Positions 30,830-39,459 of a stretch of 64,000 nt of DNA are shown piece by piece. The notes below the pieces were generated by a model, which worked only from the letters and a program-made list of their open reading frames with translations, was not told the origin of the DNA and ran no database searches. The stretch comes from Sulfurimonas sp. RIFOXYD12_FULL_33_39. Its GTDB lineage: Bacteria > Campylobacterota > Campylobacteria > Campylobacterales > Sulfurimonadaceae. Position 1 is the stretch's first letter; every line of letters starts with the position of its first letter. A program made the position numbers and the translations under genes. The stretch lies in the NCBI RefSeq assembly GCF_001829785.1, contig NZ_MICF01000010.1. The stretch is one strand, 5' to 3'.

Positions 30830-32916
30830 TGTATATTTTTAATCAATGCAAAGAAATAAGTAATCAACTTGACCTAAACAATGAGGACAAGGCTCGAAAT
30901 CAATTAATTTTATTACTTGATTATATGAAAAATAACAATATTGAATATTCACATATAGTTAATCATTTGATTCGCCTTACAGGTTTATATCCTTACATCG
31001 ATACAGATAATGCGATACTAGAAGATAGGCTTATTTATGATATGTTTAAGGTTGACACAGGAAGTGATGAACCATTAACATTGCATAGAGAGCAATCAAA
31101 CTTATTGAAAAAGCTTTTAAATGGAAAAAACCTTGCAATAAGTGCTCCAACAAGTTTTGGTAAAAGCTTTGTAATTGATTCTTTTATATCTATAAAAAAA
31201 CCAAATAACATATTAATCATAGTTCCAACTATAGCTTTATCAGATGAAATCAGAAGAAGACTTTACAAAAAGTTCTCATATGAATATAAAATTATTACAA
31301 CGGCAGATGTAGAACTTTCCGATAAAAATATTTTTATATTTCCTCAAGAAAGAGCTATTGGTTATATAGATGCAATAAAAAACTTAGATTTATTAGTAAT
31401 AGATGAATTTTATAAAGCAAGTTTTGATTTTGACAAAGAGCGTTCATCTACACTTCAAAAAGCAATTCTAAAGCTTGGAAAAAAAGCAAATCAAAAATAC
31501 TATTTAGCTCCAAATATTGAAAAATTATATTCTAACTTATTTACTGAAGGTATGGAATTTATACCATTAACTTTTAATACGGTTTATCTATCAAAACATG
31601 ACACATATAAAGAAATTACATTAAGTAATAAAAATGCAAAACTTATAGAAATTCTCAATCAGCATAAAGATATAAAAACGTTGATATATGCAGGAACTTT
31701 TCCTGAAATTGACACTGTATCTGAATTAATTAAAAAAAGTATCCCAAATAGTGATTCCAAAAAATTAAAATTATTCTCAAGTTGGTTGGCTACAAATTAC
31801 GAAAAAAACTGGAACTTAACCAAAGTTGTAAGAAAAGGCATGGGGATTCATAACGGAAGATTGCATCGTTCATTAAGTCAGATACAAATAAAAATGTTTG
31901 AGGATGAAGATGGACTGAACAATATCGTTTCTACTTCTTCAATCATAGAAGGTGTGAATACATCCGCACAAAATGTAATTGTTTGGAAAAATTATAGATT
32001 AAATAGTTTCACATACAAAAATATAATAGGCAGAAGTGGAAGAATGTTTAAGCACTTTGTTGGTCATATTTATTTGTTTGTTAAACCACCTAAAGATGAT
32101 GAAATACAATTAACAATAGAGTTTTCTGAAAATACGATTCCTGACGTCGATGAAGTTGAGTATAAAGATGATTTAACTAAAGAACAAATCACAAAAATAA
32201 TTGAGCATAAAGAAAATATGTACAATATACTTGGCAAAGAAATCTATGAAAGGTTAATTAAAGAGAATTCATTTCAATCAAGTAGAGAACTTATTGAGAA
32301 AATAGCTATTGATATGAAGAATAATCCTGATACATGGAATGGTTTATCACACTTAAACAGTACTCCAAATAAATGGGATAATCCATTATATAAAGCTATT
32401 AATTTACAGGCTGGAAAATGGGATATTAAACATGGCGATTTTGTTTATTTTACTAAGATTCTATCTCAAAATTGGAATAAAAGCATTCCTGAATTATTAG
32501 CTTATCTTTCTAAACATGCTATCAAAATAGATATGTTTTTTCTACTGGAACGAAATGCTACATTTAAGCTATCAGCATTGCTAGGAGATATAAATACCTT
32601 ACAAAAGGTTATTTTTAAAAATAAGAATGTTGATATTTCGCCATTTATCTCTAAAGTTTCTCATGCTTTTTTGCCATCAGTAGTTTATCAATTGGAAGAA
32701 TATGGTTTGCCGAGAATGTTGTCAAAAAAAATTCATATTGCAAAAGTTATTAATTTTGAAGATGAAACATTAAATATACACTCAGCAATAAATATATTTA
32801 ACAAACTTAGCATTGAATATATTAAAAGTAAAGTAGTAACTTTCGATGAATTTGATTTATATATTTTGGATTATTTTTATGATGGAATATCTAATAAAAA
32901 TGTGAATAAAGGCTAG
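30829..32916 (+). CDS. hamB: Hachiman HamB-like SF2 helicase
   Basis: 695 aa with motif I APTSFGKSF, motif II LLVIDEFY and motif VI IGRSGRMFKH. The start overlaps the hamA stop (TAATG). Confidence 0.7.
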   Translation: MYIFNQCKEISNQLDLNNEDKARNQLILLLDYMKNNNIEYSHIVNHLIRLTGLYPYIDTDNAILEDRLIYDMFKVDTGSDEPLTLHREQSNLLKKLLNGKNLAISAPTSFGKSFVIDSFISIKKPNNILIIVPTIALSDEIRRRLYKKFSYEYKIITTADVELSDKNIFIFPQERAIGYIDAIKNLDLLVIDEFYKASFDFDKERSSTLQKAILKLGKKANQKYYLAPNIEKLYSNLFTEGMEFIPLTFNTVYLSKHDTYKEITLSNKNAKLIEILNQHKDIKTLIYAGTFPEIDTVSELIKKSIPNSDSKKLKLFSSWLATNYEKNWNLTKVVRKGMGIHNGRLHRSLSQIQIKMFEDEDGLNNIVSTSSIIEGVNTSAQNVIVWKNYRLNSFTYKNIIGRSGRMFKHFVGHIYLFVKPPKDDEIQLTIEFSENTIPDVDEVEYKDDLTKEQITKIIEHKENMYNILGKEIYERLIKENSFQSSRELIEKIAIDMKNNPDTWNGLSHLNSTPNKWDNPLYKAINLQAGKWDIKHGDFVYFTKILSQNWNKSIPELLAYLSKHAIKIDMFFLLERNATFKLSALLGDINTLQKVIFKNKNVDISPFISKVSHAFLPSVVYQLEEYGLPRMLSKKIHIAKVINFEDETLNIHSAINIFNKLSIEYIKSKVVTFDEFDLYILDYFYDGISNKNVNKG

Positions 32917-32922
32917 ATAAAT

Positions 32923-33885
32923 ATGAATCATTATATCCCACCCTATACGATAACCTCAAAAATACTAAAACTTTCAACACAAATAAGTGAAGAACTCACA
33001 AAACTTCAATTTGCTGGACTATCAAAAGTAAATCCAATGTTGAGAAAAAAGAACCGTATCAAAACTTTGGCAGGTACGCTGGAAATAGAGGGTAATTTTT
33101 TAGGTGAAGAGAAAATCACCGCAATCTTAGATGGTAAAACGGTTTTAGGAACTGTGAGAGAATTAGCAGAAGTTCAAGGGGCTATAAAAGCGTATGAAAA
33201 ACTCGATGAGTATAGATTTGATGAGTTAGATGATTTGCTACATGCACATAAAATTTTGATGAGTGAGATACTAACATCTGCCGGAAGTTTTAGAAGTATC
33301 AATGTTCAAGTAGGGGGACATATAGCTCCACAGCCGAGCATTATAAACGACTTGATGATAAATCTTTTTTCTTGGCTAAAAAATAGTGATGAACATATAC
33401 TTTTAAAATCTTGCATATTTCACTATGAATTTGAGTTTATCCATCCATTTAATGATGGAAACGGAAGAATCGGAAGACTTTGGCAAAGTGTGATTTTAAA
33501 TAGTTTCAACCCGATTTTTTCACTTCTCCCAACTGAAAGTATAGTTAGAGATTATCAAGAGCAATACTATAGTGCGATTGAAAACTCTACTCAGATGGGT
33601 GAAAGTACGCCATTTATAGAGTTTATGCTTGAGATGATTTTAAAATCAATGCAAAATACTTTAAAAAGTGACCAAGAAAGTAACTATAAAAGTGACCAAA
33701 AAGTTTTAGCACTTATGAAAGAAGATAGTAAAATCACTATTTATGAACTGATGGAAAAACTCTCTATGAGTGAATCAGGGATAAAAAAAGTAATTAAAAA
33801 GCTAAAAGATGAAGATATTATAAGTAGAGTTGGAAGTCTAAAATCTGGTCATTGGGAAATACTATCAGAGATGGGAATAAAATGA
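32923..33885 (+). CDS. fic: class II Fic-domain AMPylase with C-terminal wHTH (SoFic-like)
   Basis: 320 aa with the Fic motif HPFNDGNGRIGR, an N-terminal inhibitory-helix motif TLEIEG ((S/T)xxxE(G/N)) and a C-terminal wHTH-like tail. Confidence 0.9.
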   Translation: MNHYIPPYTITSKILKLSTQISEELTKLQFAGLSKVNPMLRKKNRIKTLAGTLEIEGNFLGEEKITAILDGKTVLGTVRELAEVQGAIKAYEKLDEYRFDELDDLLHAHKILMSEILTSAGSFRSINVQVGGHIAPQPSIINDLMINLFSWLKNSDEHILLKSCIFHYEFEFIHPFNDGNGRIGRLWQSVILNSFNPIFSLLPTESIVRDYQEQYYSAIENSTQMGESTPFIEFMLEMILKSMQNTLKSDQESNYKSDQKVLALMKEDSKITIYELMEKLSMSESGIKKVIKKLKDEDIISRVGSLKSGHWEILSEMGIK

Positions 33886-36800
33886 GTAAATTTACAGAAG
33901 AAAAACTTGAACTGGCATTTATAGAGTTGCTTGGTGAACAAGGCATACACTATCAGTATGGTAAAGATATAGAACGAAATGAGAGTGAAGTTCTGCTCAA
34001 AGATGATTTAAAAGAGTATCTAAAAAATAGGTATAAAAATGAAAATATAACTGAAAGTGAAATAACTCAAATTGTGCGAAAACTTGAATCATATCCATCA
34101 AGTGATTTATACGACAGTAACAAATCTATAACGAAACTAATATCTGATGGATTTATCTTTAAAAGAGAAGATGCAAAAGCGAAAGATATACATGTAGAGT
34201 TTATAAATTATGAAAATGTAGAAAAGAATAGTTTTAAAATAGTAAATCAACTTGAAATAGTTGGCTATGAAAAACGAATTCCTGATGGCATACTTTATAT
34301 CAACGGCTTACCGTTGGTTGTATTTGAATTTAAAAGTGCCATAAGAGAAGAAGCAACTATTCATGATGCTTTTGTACAACTCACTACAAGGTACAGAAGA
34401 GATATTCCCGAGCTTTTTAAATACAATGCCTTTTGTGTCATAAGCGATGGAGTAAACAATAAGGCAGGTTCGTTTTTTGCACCCTATGAATCTTTATACG
34501 CTTGGAGAAAGATTACGGGCAATGAAGTAGATGTAAATGGCATAGCTTCCATGCACTCTATGATTCAAGGGATGTTTAATAAAGAGAGATTGGTAGATAT
34601 CATCCATAACTTTATCTATATACCTGACAAATCAAGAAAAGAGGAGAAGATAGTTTGTCGTTATCCTCAATACTACGCTACTAGAAAACTTTATGAAAAT
34701 ATAAAACTCCATCAAAGGGAACCTTCTTTAGAAAAACCGCAAGGCGATGGTAAAGGCGGTACATATTTTGGTGCTACCGGTTGTGGTAAGAGTTTTACAA
34801 TGCTTTATCTAACTCGTATGCTCATGAAAAGTGTTCATTTTTCTAGTCCTACTATCATACTTATTACCGATAGAACAGATTTGGATACACAGCTAAGCTC
34901 TCAATTTTCCAATGCAAAAGGTTTTATAGGGGATGATGGAATAGTAAGTGTTGAAAGTAGAGAAGATTTAAGGGCAAGACTCAGAGGGCGAGAGAGTGGC
35001 GGTGTTTTTCTTACAACTATCCATAAATTTACGCAAGATTTAGAAATACTTAGCGATAGAACAAACATCATAGTCATATCTGATGAAGCTCACAGAAGTC
35101 AAATCAACTTAGACCAAAAAGTAAAAATAACAAAAATTGGAGTTAAAAAAACTTACGGTTTTGCAAAATATTTGCATGATTCTTTACCTAATGCTACTTA
35201 TGTCGGTTTTACGGGAACTCCGATAGATGCCACGCTTGATGTTTTTGGGGATGTGATCGACAGCTATACTATGACTGAATCCGTAAGAGATGAAATAACA
35301 GTACGAATCGTATATGAGGGAAGAGCCGCAAAAGTATTGCTAAATAACTCAAAACTGCATGAAATCGAAGAATATTATGCAGAGTGTGCAAATGCAGGTG
35401 CTAGTAAATATCAAATAGAAGATAGCAAAAAAGCAATGGCAAATATGAATGCCATTCTTGGCGACCCCGATAGAGTAAAAGCTGTAGCAAAAGATTTTGT
35501 ACAGCATTATGAAAAAAGAGTAAGTGAAGGTGCAACGCTTAAATGTAAAGCACTCTTTGTATCAAGCAGCAGACCAATTGCTTACGCACTTTATAAAGAA
35601 CTAATAGCTTTAAGACCAGAGTGGAATGAAAAAAAAGTATGCAATGAGGGAATTGAACTAACCGATAAAGAAAGAAAAGAGATACTTCCACTTGAAAAAC
35701 TCAAAATGATTATGACTAGAAACAAAGATGATGAAAAAGAGTTGTATGATTTGTTGGGTACAAAAGAGTACAGAAAAACACTTGATACACAGTTTAAAAA
35801 TGAAAAATCAAACTTTAAAATAGCTATCGTTGTAGATATGTGGCTCACAGGATTTGATGTTCCATTTTTAGACACCATCTACATAGATAAGCCTATACAA
35901 GAACATAACCTTATCCAAACAATCTCAAGAGTCAATAGAAAATACCAATCAAAAAAGAAAGGTTTGGTAGTCGATTACATCGGTATAAAAACAGCTATGA
36001 ATAAAGCTCTTAAACAATTTTCAAATATCGATAGTCAAAACTTTGAAGATATCAATGCTTCTATTGTGGTTGTAAAAGATCAACTTGATTTACTCTCTAA
36101 ACTTTTTTATAAGTTTGATACCAGTTTATATTTTAAAGGTAGTCCAACAGAACAATTAAGATGTTTAAATCTTGCTAGTGAATATGTCCAACTAACCAAA
36201 GAGCTAGAAGCTAGATTTATGTATATCGTTAAAAGACTAAAATCTGCTTATGATATATGTTGCGGAAGCGAAGCTTTTACTCAAAATGAAAAAGATCATA
36301 TACACTTTTATTTAGCAATTCGCTCTATCGTAATTAAACTAACTCGTGGAGATGCTCCTGATACAGCTCAAATGAATGCAAAAGTCACAAAAATGATAAC
36401 AGAAGCTTTAAAAAGTGATGGGGTAGAGGAGATATTTAAACTGGGAAGTGACAATGAATCACAGATAGATATTTTTGATGAAGATTACATCAATAAGATA
36501 GATAAGATAAAGCTACCAAATACAAAAATAAAACTACTGCAACAACTATTAGCCAAAGCATTAGAAGAGTTTAAAAAAGTAAACAAGATTAAAGCAGTAG
36601 ATTTTTCAAAAAAATTCACTGCACTTGTTGAAAAGTACAATGAACGCAAAGAAGAAGATGTACTTGTAAGTGGTGTGTTAGAAGATTTTACGGATGAGAT
36701 TATAGACCTCTATCATGCCCTTAAAAAAGAAAAAGAGTCTTTTGCTGATATGGGTATAGATTTTGAGGAAAAAGCTTTTTATGACATTTTAAAAGCCATT

Positions 36801-37046
36801 TCACATAAGTATGATTTCGCTTATCCTGAAGATAAATTGATTTTACTGGCAAAAGAAGTGAAAAAAGTTGTTGATGATAAATCAAAATATACGGATTGGA
36901 ATGTGAGAGATGATATCAAAGCAGAACTCAAAGTTGATTTGATAATGCTTCTAGCTAAACATGGTTATCCACCAATCACAAAGGATGAAGTGTTTAAAGA
37001 GATATTTGAACAAGCTGAAAACTTTAAGAAGTATAACTATAGGTAA
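33882..37046 (+). CDS. hsdR: type I restriction enzyme endonuclease/translocase subunit
   Basis: The track starts at TTG 33852. The ATG at 33882 overlaps the fic stop (ATGA). It has an N-terminal PD-(D/E)xK (PDGILY...VVFEFK), Walker A GATGCGKSF and the DEAH box ISDEAHRSQ. Confidence 0.93.
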   Translation: MSKFTEEKLELAFIELLGEQGIHYQYGKDIERNESEVLLKDDLKEYLKNRYKNENITESEITQIVRKLESYPSSDLYDSNKSITKLISDGFIFKREDAKAKDIHVEFINYENVEKNSFKIVNQLEIVGYEKRIPDGILYINGLPLVVFEFKSAIREEATIHDAFVQLTTRYRRDIPELFKYNAFCVISDGVNNKAGSFFAPYESLYAWRKITGNEVDVNGIASMHSMIQGMFNKERLVDIIHNFIYIPDKSRKEEKIVCRYPQYYATRKLYENIKLHQREPSLEKPQGDGKGGTYFGATGCGKSFTMLYLTRMLMKSVHFSSPTIILITDRTDLDTQLSSQFSNAKGFIGDDGIVSVESREDLRARLRGRESGGVFLTTIHKFTQDLEILSDRTNIIVISDEAHRSQINLDQKVKITKIGVKKTYGFAKYLHDSLPNATYVGFTGTPIDATLDVFGDVIDSYTMTESVRDEITVRIVYEGRAAKVLLNNSKLHEIEEYYAECANAGASKYQIEDSKKAMANMNAILGDPDRVKAVAKDFVQHYEKRVSEGATLKCKALFVSSSRPIAYALYKELIALRPEWNEKKVCNEGIELTDKERKEILPLEKLKMIMTRNKDDEKELYDLLGTKEYRKTLDTQFKNEKSNFKIAIVVDMWLTGFDVPFLDTIYIDKPIQEHNLIQTISRVNRKYQSKKKGLVVDYIGIKTAMNKALKQFSNIDSQNFEDINASIVVVKDQLDLLSKLFYKFDTSLYFKGSPTEQLRCLNLASEYVQLTKELEARFMYIVKRLKSAYDICCGSEAFTQNEKDHIHFYLAIRSIVIKLTRGDAPDTAQMNAKVTKMITEALKSDGVEEIFKLGSDNESQIDIFDEDYINKIDKIKLPNTKIKLLQQLLAKALEEFKKVNKIKAVDFSKKFTALVEKYNERKEEDVLVSGVLEDFTDEIIDLYHALKKEKESFADMGIDFEEKAFYDILKAISHKYDFAYPEDKLILLAKEVKKVVDDKSKYTDWNVRDDIKAELKVDLIMLLAKHGYPPITKDEVFKEIFEQAENFKKYNYR

Positions 37047-37084
37047 TTTTGTAATAAAAATAACTATTTGTGTTAAAATTGCTC

Positions 37085-37126
37085 ATGAACAATGGCGGTT
37101 TCGGTGCTAAAATCGTTACACTATAA
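37085..37126 (+). pseudogene. degenerate duplicate of the mutS2 3' end
   Basis: atgaacaatggcggtttcggtgctaaaatcgttacactataa translates to MNNGGFGAKIVTL*, against HMGGFGAKVVTL* at the mutS2 C-terminus. About 29 of 38 nt are identical to 25940-25978. Confidence 0.6.
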
Positions 37127-37196
37127 AATACTTCAAGTTTATATCTTTCAATTGCGATATAATTCAAGACTTATTTTAATATAGAGAGAAAATATA

Positions 37197-37772
37197 ATGA
37201 AAAAAATCCTACTTTACTTATCACTTATTGGTATATTATCAACATCATCTTTTGCAGAAGATACAAAAGCTATGGATGTATATAACCAAATGCAGTCGTT
37301 ACTAAAAGGCGAGTGGTCACTATCCGAAGAAAAAAAACAAATCGATACAACAGATGCTTATAAAGACAAAGCAATAGTTCATTTGGTAGGAACGGATGCT
37401 ACTGCGATTGCATACAAAGTTATCGGAAGAGGTGCTACTTTTCAAGAAGATCTTTTACCAAATACAAAAAAAGAGATGGTAACAATGTATCACTGTAACA
37501 ACTTTCATGACTGTACTGAATTAAAAGCAACGCACTATTGTGCCAAACAAAATCAACCGCAGTTTATATTAAATAGCAAAGAAACTACTGAAAATAAAAT
37601 TGTATTTGACTGTGATATGAAAACCAAACTATGTAACTCGGATGAGGATCATGTACATCAAATCATACATGAAATATCCGAGAATGGAAAACATCTTAAA
37701 TCATCGTATTTAGGCTGGAAAAATCAAAAACCAAATAAAAAACATTCAATCTATCATTTTGATAAAAAATAA
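37197..37772 (+). CDS. hypothetical secreted Cys/His-rich protein
   Basis: 191 aa with a signal peptide (ILSTSSFAED) and several Cys and His residues in the C-terminal half. Confidence 0.5.
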   Translation: MKKILLYLSLIGILSTSSFAEDTKAMDVYNQMQSLLKGEWSLSEEKKQIDTTDAYKDKAIVHLVGTDATAIAYKVIGRGATFQEDLLPNTKKEMVTMYHCNNFHDCTELKATHYCAKQNQPQFILNSKETTENKIVFDCDMKTKLCNSDEDHVHQIIHEISENGKHLKSSYLGWKNQKPNKKHSIYHFDKK

Positions 37773-37781
37773 ATTTATAAA

Positions 37782-39026
37782 ATGAAAAAAACAGCAATCA
37801 TCGGCGGCGGCGCTTCAGGGCTTTTATGTGCTATTTTTTGTGCAAAAAATGGGATTAGTGTAGATATTTTTGAGCAAAACTCTAAATGTGCAAAAAAGAT
37901 TTTGGTATCCGGAAACGGTCGTTGCAACATTACAAACACAAATCTTACATGTAACGATTATTTCTCACAAAATCCGCTCTTTATGGATTATGCATTAAAA
38001 GAGTTTGGCTTTAGAGAGTTTGAGAAATTTTGTCAAAGTATCGGACTTTTACTAGATGTTAAAGAAGACGGACGCGTTTATCCACTTAGCAATGAAGCCA
38101 AAAACGTAGCCTCTTTGCTAATAAATTATGCTAAAAATATCGGTGTAAATTTTCATACCGATACAAAAATAACAGATATAAAAAAACTGCTTCAAGAGTA
38201 TGATGCGGTTGTCGTAGCAACAGGCTCGCAGGCGGCGTCTCATCTAGGCGGAAATGAAGACGGACTTGCCTTTGCCAAAGAGTTCTCTCACAATATCATC
38301 CCGACCTACCCTTCACTCGTTCAGCTCCATCTTGACTCTAAAGTCATAAAAAAGATGAGCGGAGCAAAGATAGAGGGTGAAATAACACTGCTTGTAAATA
38401 ACAAAAAAGAGCTTACACCCCAAGGGCACTTCTTACAGGGCGCATGTAAAGGCGATATCCTCTTTACAGATTATGGGGTATCTGGCTTTGCAGTTTTGGA
38501 TATATCGCAAGGTGCGAGTGTTGCTTTGATGGAGCATTCACATGCGCCCTGTAAGAAGTGCCCTTGGGGTGTAAGCATATCTATAAATCTTCTGCCAAAT
38601 TTTAACGCTCAAAAACTCTCATCACATATAAGCTCCATAGCTATAAATATGCCTGATTTTACAATTGCTGATATTTTAACAGGGCTTCTTCCAATTAAAA
38701 TCGTTAACGGAATTTTAGACGATTTGGAGATTTCAACCTCTACATGTAGCGAAGAAATAGGCACAAAACTAAGCAAAAAGATAGCCAATCGGATACTCGA
38801 CTGGCGTTTTGAAGTAAAGGAGACTCACGGCTTTCGTCATGCAGAGGTCGCAGGCGGCGGAGTCGATACGACTGAGATAAACCCAAAAACTTTTGAATCG
38901 CTCAAGCAAAAAAACCTCTACTTCTGCGGAGAAGTATTAGACGTAGTAGGCAAAAGAGGCGGCTATAATTTCGCCTTTGCATGGGCTAGCGGATACGCAG
39001 CTGCGAAGGCTATAAGCAGAGGCTAA
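37782..39026 (+). CDS. HI0933/BaiN-like FAD-dependent oxidoreductase
   Basis: 414 aa with the dinucleotide motif IIGGGASGL, GNGRCNITN and the C-terminal GGYNFAFAWASG typical of the family. Confidence 0.85.
   Translation: MKKTAIIGGGASGLLCAIFCAKNGISVDIFEQNSKCAKKILVSGNGRCNITNTNLTCNDYFSQNPLFMDYALKEFGFREFEKFCQSIGLLLDVKEDGRVYPLSNEAKNVASLLINYAKNIGVNFHTDTKITDIKKLLQEYDAVVVATGSQAASHLGGNEDGLAFAKEFSHNIIPTYPSLVQLHLDSKVIKKMSGAKIEGEITLLVNNKKELTPQGHFLQGACKGDILFTDYGVSGFAVLDISQGASVALMEHSHAPCKKCPWGVSISINLLPNFNAQKLSSHISSIAINMPDFTIADILTGLLPIKIVNGILDDLEISTSTCSEEIGTKLSKKIANRILDWRFEVKETHGFRHAEVAGGGVDTTEINPKTFESLKQKNLYFCGEVLDVVGKRGGYNFAFAWASGYAAAKAISRG
38411..38576. repeat. perfect 37-bp inverted repeat (arms 38411-38447 and 38540-38576) with a 92-nt spacer, inside the flavoprotein CDS
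   Basis: The arm gcttacaccccaagggcacttcttacagggcgcatgt and its exact reverse complement were read directly from the sequence. Confidence 0.95.
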
Positions 39027-39457
39027 ATCTTATTTTCGATATTTGAAATATGACCGTTATTATCATGATAGATGGTTATTAGTTGCTCATCCCTTGACTC
39101 TTTTAGCTTTGTACTATCTACTTTAAAATAGTTAGCATACTCATCAAACTTATAGATAAAATGCTCACTTGGAGCGACATGTCGATTTAACCATGATAAT
39201 ATAAACAAGATAGTAGGTGTTGCAACCAACATGATTAGAGCATGTTCGACTGTAACTGCTGATATTTCATCAAAAATTACTTTTGATATTTCATCTACAT
39301 TTGCATCTAAAGTAACAATGTTATAAAAAACTATAAGTAGCGGTTTCCACAAATATATCCAACCAACCCACAGAAGAATTGTCACTATATCCCAGCCGAT
39401 TTTTTTTGAAAAAGGCATCTCGTGGCGTTTGTTAATAATTAAGGTTTTCTTCTTCAT
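39023..39457 (-). CDS. pgaD: PgaD-like small membrane protein
   Basis: 144 aa with two TM helices, immediately downstream of pgaC. Assigned by position and topology only. Confidence 0.5.
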   Translation of the reverse strand: MKKKTLIINKRHEMPFSKKIGWDIVTILLWVGWIYLWKPLLIVFYNIVTLDANVDEISKVIFDEISAVTVEHALIMLVATPTILFILSWLNRHVAPSEHFIYKFDEYANYFKVDSTKLKESRDEQLITIYHDNNGHISNIENKI

Positions 39458-39459
39458 GT

